NCBI GenBank assembly: GCA_900540975.1
Contig: UQHY01000002.1
Location: 7,593-71,592 of the forward strand
Length of the DNA: 64,000 nucleotides
From: an uncultured Collinsella sp.
GTDB taxonomy: Bacteria; Actinomycetota; Coriobacteriia; Coriobacteriales; Coriobacteriaceae
Reading direction: 5' to 3'
Shown here: positions 8,975 to 18,247 of the stretch, piece by piece
How positions within the stretch are numbered: the stretch's first letter is position 1
Layout: every line of letters starts with the position of its first letter
Notes under the pieces: model-generated
What the model was told of the DNA's origin: nothing
Databases searched by the model: none
What the model saw: only the letters and a program-made list of their open reading frames with translations
Position numbers and translations under genes: made by a program

Positions 8975-9976
8975 ATGGATACACTGCTTGAGGCCATTGA
9001 CGTTTGCGATGTCGATGGCTTTTGTTTTGGCAACTATACGGACGAGGAGGCCGGCACCGGTTGCACCGTAATCGTGGCACCCGAGGGCGCCACCGGCGGT
9101 GTTGACGTTCGCGGCGGTGCACCGGCATCGCGCGAGACCGACCTGCTGCGTCCCGAGAACACCGTGGACAAGGTCCACGCCGTCTGCCTTTCGGGTGGAT
9201 CGGCCTTTGGTCTGGAGGCCGCAAGCGGCGTCGCCCGCGAGCTCGAGAGCCGCGGCATCGGCCTTCCCGTCGGCCCCACGCAGGTGCCTATCGTGTGCTC
9301 CAGCTGTATCTTCGACCTCGCCTTTGGCGACCCCACCGTACGCCCCGACATTAAGGCTGGTATCTCCGCCGTGCGCGAGGCGCTCGACAACACCCCCACC
9401 ACGCTCGAGCAGGGCAATGTAGGTGCCGGCACCGGTGCCACCGTGGGCAAGCTCATGGGCCCCGCCACCTGCATGAAGGCCGGCCTTGGAGCCGCCGCCG
9501 TGGCACTCGGCCCTGTTAAGGTGGGTGCCGTGGTCTCAGTCAACGCCTGCGGAAACGTCGTCGACCCCTTCACCGGTGAAGGGGTCGCTGGTATGCGCGC
9601 CGCAGCAGATAGCGACCAGATTGTCGACATGGAGCTCGCCGCCTTTGCCGCCGCCGGCTCCATGCAAATGCCGCTCGACCGCACCAACACCACCATCAGC
9701 TGCATCGTCACCAACGTTGAGCTCACCAAGGCTCAGGCCACCAAGGTCTCCCAGATGGCCGCAGACGCCTATGCGCACGCCATCCGCCCCACGCACACCA
9801 CCAACGACGGCGACACCATCTACACCCTCGCCAGCGGCAAACTAGACGCTCAGACAAGCGCCGCCGTTCCCTTGGACCTGTTGGGCATGCTCGCCGTAAG
9901 GGCCCTACAGACCGCCATCGTAAACGGAGCCAAAACCGCCAAAACCTCCCACGGAATCCCGGGTGCCGCGAAGTAA
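8975..9976 (+). CDS. P1/S58 (DmpA-like) peptidase family protein
   Basis: GCTVI, GGVDVRGGAPASRETDLL, LSGGSAFGL, GNVGAGTGA, NTTI, PTHTTNDGDTIY. Confidence 0.88.
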   Translation: MDTLLEAIDVCDVDGFCFGNYTDEEAGTGCTVIVAPEGATGGVDVRGGAPASRETDLLRPENTVDKVHAVCLSGGSAFGLEAASGVARELESRGIGLPVGPTQVPIVCSSCIFDLAFGDPTVRPDIKAGISAVREALDNTPTTLEQGNVGAGTGATVGKLMGPATCMKAGLGAAAVALGPVKVGAVVSVNACGNVVDPFTGEGVAGMRAAADSDQIVDMELAAFAAAGSMQMPLDRTNTTISCIVTNVELTKAQATKVSQMAADAYAHAIRPTHTTNDGDTIYTLASGKLDAQTSAAVPLDLLGMLAVRALQTAIVNGAKTAKTSHGIPGAAK

Positions 9977-9988
9977 CCTTACTCGACC

Positions 9989-10113
9989 GGTTGCCCGGTG
10001 GGTCTTGGTTATGTTTGCTGCTCTACAGTCCTGGCTCGCACGAAGAGCACATTAAGTGCTCTTCGGCTCGTGCGGAACTCGCGACAAACATAACCAAGCT
10101 CCACCGGGCAACC
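9989..10113 (+). repeat. Long hairpin element, family B copy 1
   Basis: Outer arms ggttgcccggtgg/ccaccgggcaacc and cttggttatgtttg/caaacataaccaag; internal motifs acagtcctg and cgtgcggaactcg. Confidence 0.75.
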
Positions 10114-10207
10114 TACTCAACAAGATCCCCTTCAGCCCAGGCCCCTGTGTACCGCGCGTCCAAGATCTTCAAATTCAGTTTGCTGACACAAAGCGAGACA
10201 TAGCAGA

Positions 10208-10316
10208 GGACCCCTGGTCCTTAACTTGATACGAGTTCCGCACGCAAAGGAGGCGCCAGTGGCGCCTCCGTCTTGCGCAGGACTGTTCGAAGTAGCAAGT
10301 TAAGGACCAGGGGTCC
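10208..10316 (-). repeat. Long hairpin element, family B copy 2 (inverted)
   Basis: 21-bp perfect arms ggacccctggtccttaacttg/caagttaaggaccaggggtcc; the same internal motifs in reverse complement. Confidence 0.75.
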
Positions 10317-10338
10317 CCGTTACCCGAGCGTTTCTGCA

Positions 10339-11370
10339 CTAGTTGAATTTGAAGATCTTTGAGGCCAGATGGTATAGGCCGAGTGTGGTTTTGTCTCCGG
10401 CCCGTCCATGCAGGTTGGTAAAGAATCCGACCACGCCGTAGCGAGCGCGACGATACATGCGCTCGTCGTACTCCTTCAGGTCGTTCCACAGCGTCTTCAG
10501 GCGCTCATCGGCACAATCTTCCTCGGAAAGCTTGGTGAGCACCGAGCAAATCGCCATCATCATGGTGAAGTAGCCCATCATGTACGAACGCAGACGCGAG
10601 GACTCAACGTCCTGGTACAGGTGGAACGATTCCATCATGATGCGCGTTACGCGGAACTGCTGACCCAGACGCTTGACCATCGTGGCCTCATTGACGCTCT
10701 GGCCCTCGCGACCGATAAAGTAGCGATAGAGATCGATGTCGGCGTAGTACATGGTCTTGCAGCGCGGCAGCGGCACGTAAGCGTAGATATTATCCACGTA
10801 GAACGTGTGTGCCGGCATAGGCAGATTGGACTCGCGCAGCACATCGGTGCGATAGCACAGGCTGTGCATGAGCAGGTTCTGATCGGGACGGAAGTGTCCG
10901 ATCTGGTCCCAAGAGAAAATCTTTTTGCGCGGCAGGGCAAACTTGTAGCCAATAGCGGTATGCGTGCCCTCGTAAACCTTCTCGTACACGTAGTTCGAGA
11001 TAAACAGGTCTACGCGCTGGTCGCGCTCCTCAAAGCCACGCAGAATCGACAGCATGGTCGAAAGCGCCGCACCGTCGAGCCAGTCGTCCGAGTCGACAAC
11101 CTTGTAGTAGGTGCCCTGCGCCTCGCGCAGACCCGAGAGGACGGCAATGCCGTGGCCGCCATTCTCCTGGTGCACCGCGCGGATGATTCCAGGATAACGG
11201 GCCTCCCACTCGTCGGCCTTGGCGGCCGTCTCGTCCTTGGAGCCATCGTCCACCACGATAATCTCGATATCGGTGGCGTAATTGCTCCCCTCCAAGATGG
11301 AGGTGATGCAATGGTCCATGTCCTTGGCGGCGTTATACGAGGGAATACCGAATGTTATGACTTTATGCAT
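10339..11370 (-). CDS. Glycosyltransferase family 2
   Basis: ITFGIPSYN, IIVVDDGS.D.T, ENGGHG, KVVDSDDW, HTFYVDN. Overlaps the glf stop. Confidence 0.9.
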   Translation of the reverse strand: MHKVITFGIPSYNAAKDMDHCITSILEGSNYATDIEIIVVDDGSKDETAAKADEWEARYPGIIRAVHQENGGHGIAVLSGLREAQGTYYKVVDSDDWLDGAALSTMLSILRGFEERDQRVDLFISNYVYEKVYEGTHTAIGYKFALPRKKIFSWDQIGHFRPDQNLLMHSLCYRTDVLRESNLPMPAHTFYVDNIYAYVPLPRCKTMYYADIDLYRYFIGREGQSVNEATMVKRLGQQFRVTRIMMESFHLYQDVESSRLRSYMMGYFTMMMAICSVLTKLSEEDCADERLKTLWNDLKEYDERMYRRARYGVVGFFTNLHGRAGDKTTLGLYHLASKIFKFN

Positions 11371-12565
11371 GGCAGGCGATAATCTCATCCGAAAGATCGA
11401 GGGCGGAATTGGTCACGGCGTCCATATCGTAGTAACGATACTCGGCCAGACGACCCACCGGGTGGAAGTTCGTCAGGTTCTGGACGCGCTCAAGATAGCG
11501 CTCGTAGAGCTCACGGTTCTCGGGCTCAAGAATGGCGTAGTACGGCGTCTCACCCGAGCCGGGCGTATAGGTCTTGGAGTACTCCTTCATGATGGTGGTC
11601 TTGCCGGGCAGGACCTGACCGGTCATGTTCTTGAACTCGGTGATGCGCGTATAGTCCTCGCTCGTGGTGTAGTTGACGGTGCCCACGGGCTGGAACTGAT
11701 CCATATCGAGCGTCTCGAACTTCATGTCGAGCGTGCGGTACGGCAGCGCGCCCAGATCGAGATTGAACAGCTCGTCAAGTGGACCGGTGTAGACGATCTC
11801 GCCACCATAGACCTTGCCGTCGATCTTGACGGTAGTCTCGTCGATCTCAAAGAGGTCGCGGGCGTCTACGTCACAGAATACGTCGATCAGATCGTGATCG
11901 AGCATATGCTCGAACAGCGCGGTATAGCCGTCCTGCGGCATGCCCTGGAAAGGAGCCTGCGGGAAGTAGCGATCGTCATCGCCCACAAAGACGGGAACGC
12001 GGCCGGTGATCGAGGGGTCGATCTGGTCGGGCGTCTGGCCCCACTGCTTCATGGTGTAATGCAAAAAGACGTTCTCGTAGACGTAATCGGCGACCTCGGC
12101 AAGATCCGGGTCGTTCTTCTTGCGCAGCTCCATAATGGGCACCTTGACGTCCTTGCCAAAGGTCTCCACGAGCTTTTGGTACAGCTCCTCGCCGCGCTCA
12201 TCGCCAAAGGCAAGCTTAAGGCTCGCATGGTTAAAGGGCACGGGCATAAGGGTACCGTTGATGTTGGCGAGCACCTTGTGCTGGTAGTCCGTCCACTTGG
12301 TAAAGCGCGACAGGAAATTGTGAACGCGCTCGTTAAAGGTATGGTAGATGTGCGGACCATACTCGTGGACCAGGATTCCCGCCTCGTCAGTGCAGTCGAA
12401 GGCATTGCCCGCAATGTGGCTACGGCGCTCCAAAACGGCAACACGATAGCCGATAGTTTCGGCAAGACGGCGGGCGCAAACGGCACCGGCATAACCGGCG
12501 CCGACAACAATCATGTCGTACGCACCGGCATTAAAGCCTTCAGGCAGGCCTGAGGTAATCTGCAT
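11363..12565 (-). CDS. glf: UDP-galactopyranose mutase
   Basis: VGAGYAG, HIAGN, HEYGPHIYHT, YTMKQWG, TRITEFK, GRLAEYRYYDMD. Confidence 0.95.
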   Translation of the reverse strand: MQITSGLPEGFNAGAYDMIVVGAGYAGAVCARRLAETIGYRVAVLERRSHIAGNAFDCTDEAGILVHEYGPHIYHTFNERVHNFLSRFTKWTDYQHKVLANINGTLMPVPFNHASLKLAFGDERGEELYQKLVETFGKDVKVPIMELRKKNDPDLAEVADYVYENVFLHYTMKQWGQTPDQIDPSITGRVPVFVGDDDRYFPQAPFQGMPQDGYTALFEHMLDHDLIDVFCDVDARDLFEIDETTVKIDGKVYGGEIVYTGPLDELFNLDLGALPYRTLDMKFETLDMDQFQPVGTVNYTTSEDYTRITEFKNMTGQVLPGKTTIMKEYSKTYTPGSGETPYYAILEPENRELYERYLERVQNLTNFHPVGRLAEYRYYDMDAVTNSALDLSDEIIACHA

Positions 12566-12796
12566 CGATACTCCTTGTCAAAAGCCACGTGCTCGTTAGC
12601 TGGGCTTTTCTCGAACATTCTTCGAGACATATTTATCAGAGCGATTATAGCGCTAATGCGTCCTATAATGAGCTTGCCACACAAGGAAAGCTCAAGCACC
12701 GCGGCGTACATAATTGAAAGGTAAACCCGCTAGCAGCGGGTTTATTCGTGAACAGCCGGGCGCCTGGAGCTTAGCGAAACGCTTGTAAGGAGTAAC

Positions 12797-13777
12797 ATGA
12801 GCGATTTCCTAAACCGTATGAAGTCTGCCGCCAAGGCCGACCTTAAGACCATCGTCCTGCCCGAGGGCGAAGATCCGCGTACCATCGTCGCGGCAAACAA
12901 AATCATCGAGGAGGGCCTGGCAAAGCTCGTCATCCTGGGCAACCCCGACGAGATCGACGTTCCCGGCGCTACCGTCATCGATCCGCGCAACGCCGAGAAG
13001 CACGAGGAGTACGCGCAGAAGTTTGCCGAGCTCCGCGCCAAGAAGGGTGTCACCATCGAGCAGGCTCGCGCCCAGGTGATGGACGCCACCTATTTTGGCA
13101 CCATGATGGTCAAGATGGGCGACGCCGACGGCCTGGTCTCCGGCGCCTGCCACTCCACCGCCGACACCCTGCGCCCCGCGCTGCAGATCCTCAAGACCGC
13201 CCCGGGCACCAAGCTGGTCTCGGCCTTCTTCGTGATGTGCACCGACACCCCGCAGTTCGGTACCGACGGCACGCTGATCTTCGCCGACTGCGGCCTCAAC
13301 ATCAACCCGTCCTCCGACGAGCTCTCCGAGATCGCCATCGCCTCGGCCCACTCCTGGTCCACCTTCATGGGCAATGTTGAGCCGCACGTGGCCATGCTCT
13401 CCTACTCCACCATGGGCTCCGCCGGTGGCGAGGTCGCCAAGAAGGTCCAGGAGGCTGTGAAGTTCTGCAAGGAGAAGGCTCCCGAGCTCGCCATCGACGG
13501 CGACCTGCAGCTCGATGCCGCTATCGTCCCCACCGTCGCCCAGCTCAAGGCTCCCGGCTCCTCCGTCGCCGGTAAGGCCAACGTGCTCGTGTTCCCCGAC
13601 CTCGAGGCCGGCAACATCGGCTACAAGCTGGTCCAGCGCTTCGCCGGCGCTGACGCCTACGGCCCCATCCTGCAGGGCATCGCCAAGCCGGTCAACGACC
13701 TGTCGCGCGGCTGCTCTGCCGACGACATCGTGGGTGTCGTGGCCATCACCGCCGTCCAGGCTCAGATGGCTGAGTAG
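12797..13777 (+). CDS. pta: Phosphate acetyltransferase
   Basis: IVLPEGEDPR, DGLVSGA.HSTADT.RPALQI, DG.LQLDAA, FPDLEAGNIGYK, NDLSRGC. Confidence 0.97.
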   Translation: MSDFLNRMKSAAKADLKTIVLPEGEDPRTIVAANKIIEEGLAKLVILGNPDEIDVPGATVIDPRNAEKHEEYAQKFAELRAKKGVTIEQARAQVMDATYFGTMMVKMGDADGLVSGACHSTADTLRPALQILKTAPGTKLVSAFFVMCTDTPQFGTDGTLIFADCGLNINPSSDELSEIAIASAHSWSTFMGNVEPHVAMLSYSTMGSAGGEVAKKVQEAVKFCKEKAPELAIDGDLQLDAAIVPTVAQLKAPGSSVAGKANVLVFPDLEAGNIGYKLVQRFAGADAYGPILQGIAKPVNDLSRGCSADDIVGVVAITAVQAQMAE

Positions 13778-13792
13778 CGGACTTATCCCCTC

Positions 13793-13919
13793 GGGGCCCT
13801 ACAGGGTAAAGCTCTGAAAACGTCCTCGGACATGCATGAAACCCCCGCTGCGCACTTCGTGCGGCGGGGGTTTCATGCGTCCTGCGGAAAGTTTTCAGAG
13901 CTTTACCCTGTAGGGTCCC
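13793..13919 (+). repeat. 127-bp near-perfect hairpin directly after pta
   Basis: Outer arms ccctacagggtaaagctctgaaaac/gttttcagagctttaccctgtaggg; inner arms gcatgaaacccccgc/gcgggggtttcatgc. Confidence 0.85.
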
Positions 13920-14078
13920 TGCCGCCACGTGGTGCTCAGGGGATCTGGGGCGGACGGCGGCTTGGCTACGAGCTGGGGCTGAGAATCTGAATGGATGGGT
14001 GCCGTTGCTGGGGGGCAAACGATGCGGATATGGTCACTGTGGATTTGAAAGGCTGATAGGGCCTCGGCGGTTGTTGTG

Positions 14079-14250
14079 CCGGAAAGCGTGTCCCGGTTTG
14101 AAGGCGGATTGTGGGATGCAGCTTCCACTTGGGGGCTGTTTGGGAAACTGTGGGACGTAATTTTGCTTTATTGTGGGTCGCACTTTCCGCAACGCGCCTC
14201 AACCGGAAAGCGTGTCCCAGAATTTGTGCTCGAAATGGGATGCAGTTTCC
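14079..14250. repeat. Direct repeats of an imperfect palindrome
   Basis: ccggaaagcgtgtccc at 14079 and 14203, each followed by tgggatgcag(c/t)ttcc. Confidence 0.7.
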
Positions 14251-14268
14251 GCCGCCCACCTGCTAGCA

Positions 14269-14303
14269 GAAAGGCCTCCGGAGCTGTTGCTCTGGAGGCC
14301 TTT
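14269..14303 (-). terminator. Terminator-like hairpin after ackA copy 1
   Basis: gaaaggcctccggagc-tgtt-gctctggaggcctttc. Confidence 0.65.
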
Positions 14304-14325
14304 CGTTTAAATGCAAATGAGCGCG

Positions 14326-15504
14326 TTAGTTGTTCTTGGTCAGACGCTCGACGTCGTGGGCGATCATGTATTCCTCATCGGTGGGGATGACCATGACCGT
14401 GACGGAAGAGCCGGCGGCGCTGATGACCTGCGGGCCGTTGCCCACGGCCTCGCGGTTCTTGTTGTTGTCGATACGCACGCCCAGCCACTCAAAGCAGTCG
14501 CAGAAGGCCTTACGAATCGACCAGTCGTTCTCGCCGATGCCGGCGGTAAAGGTGATGGTATCCACGCCCGCCATAGAAGCAATCATGGAGCCGGCCTGCT
14601 GCATGGCCTTGTAGGCAAACATGTCGAAGGCGAGCAGGCAGCGCTCGTCGCCCTCGGAGGCGCGCGTACGGATGTCGCGGGCGTCGTTGGAGATGCCCGA
14701 GATGGCAAGCAGACCAGACTGCTTGTTCATCATGTCGTCGACTTCCTGGTAGCTGTAGCCGCCCTCGCGCTGGAGGTAGCACACGGTGGCCGGGTCAATG
14801 GAGCCACAACGGGTGCCCATCATCAGGCCGTCGAGCGGTGTGAGGCCCATCGTTGTGTCGCGGCAAACGCCGTCCTCAATGGCGGCGAGCGAAGCGCCGT
14901 TGCCCAGATGGCACGAAAGCAGACGGTGGCAGCACGAGCCCAGAATCTCCTTTGCCATCATCCACTCGTAGCGGTGGCTCGTACCGTGGGCGCCGTACTT
15001 GCGCACATGGTACTTGTCGCACACGTCCTTGGGCAGCGCGTAGGTGTAGGCAACCTCGGGCATGGTCATGTGGAACGAGGTGTCGAAGACGGCCACGTTG
15101 GGCAGCTCCGGATACTTCTCGCGGCAGTATTCGATTGCCGCGGCCTCGCCGTAATTGTGCAGTGGGGCGAGCGGGGCCACCTCAAGGATCTTAGCCATGA
15201 CCTCGTCGTCGACGACCGCGGAATCATCGAAGTGCCAGCCACCCTGAACGATACGGTGGCCGATGCCATCGATTGTAAAGTCGGTCTTCTCAAGCTCCTC
15301 GAGCACGCGAGCGATAGCAGAGCGATGATCGGGGAAGGGAACCTCCTCGGTCTGCTTGGCGCCACCGTTCTCGGAGTGGCCAAAGATGCCCATCTCCGAG
15401 CCGATACGCTCGCAGTTGCCCTTGGCGAAAACCTCGCGGGTATCGGTATCCAAAAGCTGATATTTAAGACTCGAGCTGCCGGCGTTGACAACAAGTACGT
15501 TCAT
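14326..15504 (-). CDS. ackA: Acetate/propionate kinase, paralogue 1
   Basis: VLVVNAGSSSLK, GHRIVQGG, LAPLHN, YGAHGTSH, HLGNGAS, TMGLTPLDG.MMGTRCG, FTAGIGEN, IPTDEE. Confidence 0.93.
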   Translation of the reverse strand: MNVLVVNAGSSSLKYQLLDTDTREVFAKGNCERIGSEMGIFGHSENGGAKQTEEVPFPDHRSAIARVLEELEKTDFTIDGIGHRIVQGGWHFDDSAVVDDEVMAKILEVAPLAPLHNYGEAAAIEYCREKYPELPNVAVFDTSFHMTMPEVAYTYALPKDVCDKYHVRKYGAHGTSHRYEWMMAKEILGSCCHRLLSCHLGNGASLAAIEDGVCRDTTMGLTPLDGLMMGTRCGSIDPATVCYLQREGGYSYQEVDDMMNKQSGLLAISGISNDARDIRTRASEGDERCLLAFDMFAYKAMQQAGSMIASMAGVDTITFTAGIGENDWSIRKAFCDCFEWLGVRIDNNKNREAVGNGPQVISAAGSSVTVMVIPTDEEYMIAHDVERLTKNN

Positions 15505-15668
15505 GAGACTCCTTCGTGATTACAGTACGGTCGGCAAACCTATAGGGCGGCCGTACCCTTAATAAGAAGTTATCAGAATTCAATAAATATCTATTAAACT
15601 CTTCGCCCAAAGAGCATAAAAGGGGGCTGAACGGCGCAAGGCCATCCAGTCCCCTCCCCTTGCATCAA

Positions 15669-16847
15669 TTACTTGCCGCTGACGATGCGCTCGACGTCGG
15701 AGGCGATCATGAACTCCTCATCCGTGGGGATGACGAAGATCTTGACCTTGGAATCCTTGGCGGACAGGCACCAAGCGCCGTCGCCGCGCAGGGCGTTACG
15801 AGCGTGATCCATCTTGACGCCCATAAAGGCCAGACGGTCGGCCACGCCAGCGCGGACAGCCGGAGCGTGCTCGCCGATGCCGGCGGTAAAGACCAGGGTG
15901 TCCATGCCGCACATGGAAGTGGCCATCTCGGCGGCCTTGGCGGCAATCTTGTAGACGAACATATCGAAGGCGAGCTGAGCCTCGGGGTCACCGGCAGCGG
16001 CGAGCTCCTCAACATTGCGGCAGTCGTTGGTCTTGCCGCCGGTCACAGCCAGAAGGCCGGACTTCTTGTTCATCATCTCGTCGACCTCGTCGAAGGTGTA
16101 GCCGCCTTCGCGCTGCAGGTAGCACACGGTAGCAGGGTCGATGGAGCCGCAGCGGGTGCCCATCATGACACCGTCGAGCGGCGTCAAGCCCATGGTGGTG
16201 TCCATGCACTTGCCGTCCTCGATGGCGCACAGGGAAGCGCCGGAACCGATGTGGCACACGACGACCTTGCGGGCCTCGCCGTTGGTCATCTCGGCAACCT
16301 TCTTGGAGATGTAGCGGTAGCTGGTGCCGTGAGCGCCGTACTTACGGATGTGCAGCTTGTCGCAGACGTCCTTGGGCAGGGCGTAGGTCTTGGCGACCTC
16401 GGGCATATTGAAGTGGAAAGCAGTGTCGTAGACCGTGACGTTGGGCAGGTCGGGATACTGCTCGAGGCAGTACTCGATAACGTTGGCCTCGGGGTTGTTG
16501 TGCAGCGGGGCGAGCGGAGCGACCTCGCGGATCTTGGCGAGGACGTCCTCGTCGACGAGGGAGGAATCGCCGAAGTACCAACCGCCCTGAACGATACGGT
16601 GGCCGATGCCCTCGATCTTGACGCCGTTGGCCTCGAGGTCCTTCAGGACGACCTCGATGGCGACCTTGTGGTCGGGGAACTCGATGTTCTCGGTCACCTT
16701 CTTGGAACCGTTGGCAGCGTGAGTGAAGGTACCGCCGGTAAAGCAGACGCGCTCGCAGGAGCCCTTTGCGGACACCTTGTGGGACTTGGTATCGATGACC
16801 TGATACTTAAGGGTCGAAGATCCTGCGTTGACGACCAGAACGTTCAT
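15669..16847 (-). CDS. ackA: Acetate/propionate kinase, paralogue 2
   Basis: Same motif set (NAGSST, LAPLHN, HIGSGAS, FTAGIGEH, IPTDEE); strongly biased codons. Confidence 0.93.
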   Translation of the reverse strand: MNVLVVNAGSSTLKYQVIDTKSHKVSAKGSCERVCFTGGTFTHAANGSKKVTENIEFPDHKVAIEVVLKDLEANGVKIEGIGHRIVQGGWYFGDSSLVDEDVLAKIREVAPLAPLHNNPEANVIEYCLEQYPDLPNVTVYDTAFHFNMPEVAKTYALPKDVCDKLHIRKYGAHGTSYRYISKKVAEMTNGEARKVVVCHIGSGASLCAIEDGKCMDTTMGLTPLDGVMMGTRCGSIDPATVCYLQREGGYTFDEVDEMMNKKSGLLAVTGGKTNDCRNVEELAAAGDPEAQLAFDMFVYKIAAKAAEMATSMCGMDTLVFTAGIGEHAPAVRAGVADRLAFMGVKMDHARNALRGDGAWCLSAKDSKVKIFVIPTDEEFMIASDVERIVSGK

Positions 16848-16967
16848 GTGTCTCCCTACTAACAGGCGGTGTGGCGCCGCCAGGTTACATACGCTTCAAT
16901 AATAAACCCAAACGCCCTCGCGCTCGGGTTTATTGCGTTGATATATAAGTTATCGATGCCCAAATAC

Positions 16968-18128
16968 TCATGGCCTTTGACTTGTAAGACGAAAGAGCGC
17001 GGGGATATACACCAAAGAAGATATCCCGAGCGCTACAAGCAATATGACTCGAATGCCCGCGATGCTGCTCAACGCAGCATTGAACAGATAGAAAAGGATG
17101 GCACCCACCGCCACCATCTGGCTTTGGACCGAAATCAGTGAACAGCGCATCGAAGAATCGACAGCATTTTGAAAAATTGAGTATTTTATTGGAGCAAATA
17201 ACGAGTAAGCAACCGTCTGCAGTACATAGAACACGGGCAGCAAATAGACCGGAGTAAAGGGAATCAAAAACAGAGCAGTCAGGAAAAGGCGCACGATGCC
17301 GCAAATACGCGCAAAACGGCCCTTGTCGACATGAGCAATCACACTCGGCACAATAAGCCCCATGGAAGCCGAGGCAAGGAGCTGGACCGCAATGGTCACA
17401 CCCGAAGCGACGGCATTCATTCCGCGACCCGCAAGCAGCAGTGAGAAAAAGTCTTCCAGGGCGACAAAAGCAAATGCCTGAGAGCAGTCCATGATGAACG
17501 CTGAACGAAGAATGCCGTTACGCGCAATAGCGGCACCGATCATCTTCGGGCTAATTCCACGCTTAGGTGTCGTTGCAGTGTCCCCTCTTCGCATCTCAGG
17601 AATGCAGGCAACGACAACCAACGTCAACACCATTGCGATGATATCTGCCGAAAGACCAATGAGATATGCACCGACAGACGAAATGAAACCGCCCACGCAA
17701 GCGGAGATGGCATAAGAGGCATAGAAAACAAATCGCTCAACGACATTAAGTCTTACGAGCTGGTCCTGAGAGACGCTGTCAATGTAGATCGCTTCTATGG
17801 ATCCGCTCACACATGCAACTGCAAATCCTTTGAGAGCAAACGCGCCGATTAAAAGCAGAGGAGAACGGGCGAAAAGTAGGGCGGCGTAGTATCCAAGCAT
17901 TCCCACGACGCCAACGAGACCGCTTGTCTTTCGTCCAAACCTGTCAGCAATATAACCAGTAGGAACCTCAAGAATGAACTTACTCACTTGGTATGCAATC
18001 ATCATGTTAGAAATCGCTACCATCGAGAATCCGACGAATTCAAGAAAAACCGTCAGAAAATACAAAATGGTGCTGAAGTTCGACAGAAAAACGAACGTCA
18101 TATAAAGCAAAACCGTACGGTTTTTCAT
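16968..18128 (-). CDS. MFS transporter
   Basis: ILEVPTGYIADRFGRK, SGS.EA, about 12 hydrophobic segments. GGAGG-like RBS; atypical low GC. Confidence 0.85.
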   Translation of the reverse strand: MKNRTVLLYMTFVFLSNFSTILYFLTVFLEFVGFSMVAISNMMIAYQVSKFILEVPTGYIADRFGRKTSGLVGVVGMLGYYAALLFARSPLLLIGAFALKGFAVACVSGSIEAIYIDSVSQDQLVRLNVVERFVFYASYAISACVGGFISSVGAYLIGLSADIIAMVLTLVVVACIPEMRRGDTATTPKRGISPKMIGAAIARNGILRSAFIMDCSQAFAFVALEDFFSLLLAGRGMNAVASGVTIAVQLLASASMGLIVPSVIAHVDKGRFARICGIVRLFLTALFLIPFTPVYLLPVFYVLQTVAYSLFAPIKYSIFQNAVDSSMRCSLISVQSQMVAVGAILFYLFNAALSSIAGIRVILLVALGISSLVYIPALFRLTSQRP

Positions 18129-18247
18129 GCTCCGCCCTCCAAGAGCCAATAGCCCAAACCGAAATCTTGGAAAAGCATGAGGGCAAAGCCGTCAGCCATG
18201 TGTTACAAGGCGTCAACATTCACTTAACGCCACGAGGCCAAATGGCC

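Noticed and set aside
11282..12553. Long opposite-strand ORFs (for example 11282-12553, 14311-15519, 15660-16862, 30987-32699, 54014-55279, 60800-61948)
   Set aside because: They are antisense shadows of well-supported genes, which are expected in high-GC DNA, and carry no recognisable motifs.
12611..12626. LexA box upstream of glf (tcgaacattcttcga)
   Set aside because: The spacing is one base short of CGAAC-N4-GTTCG, and the gene context is not supportive.
14079..14250. Possible CRISPR array
   Set aside because: Only two or three degenerate units with irregular spacing, and no cas genes in the window.
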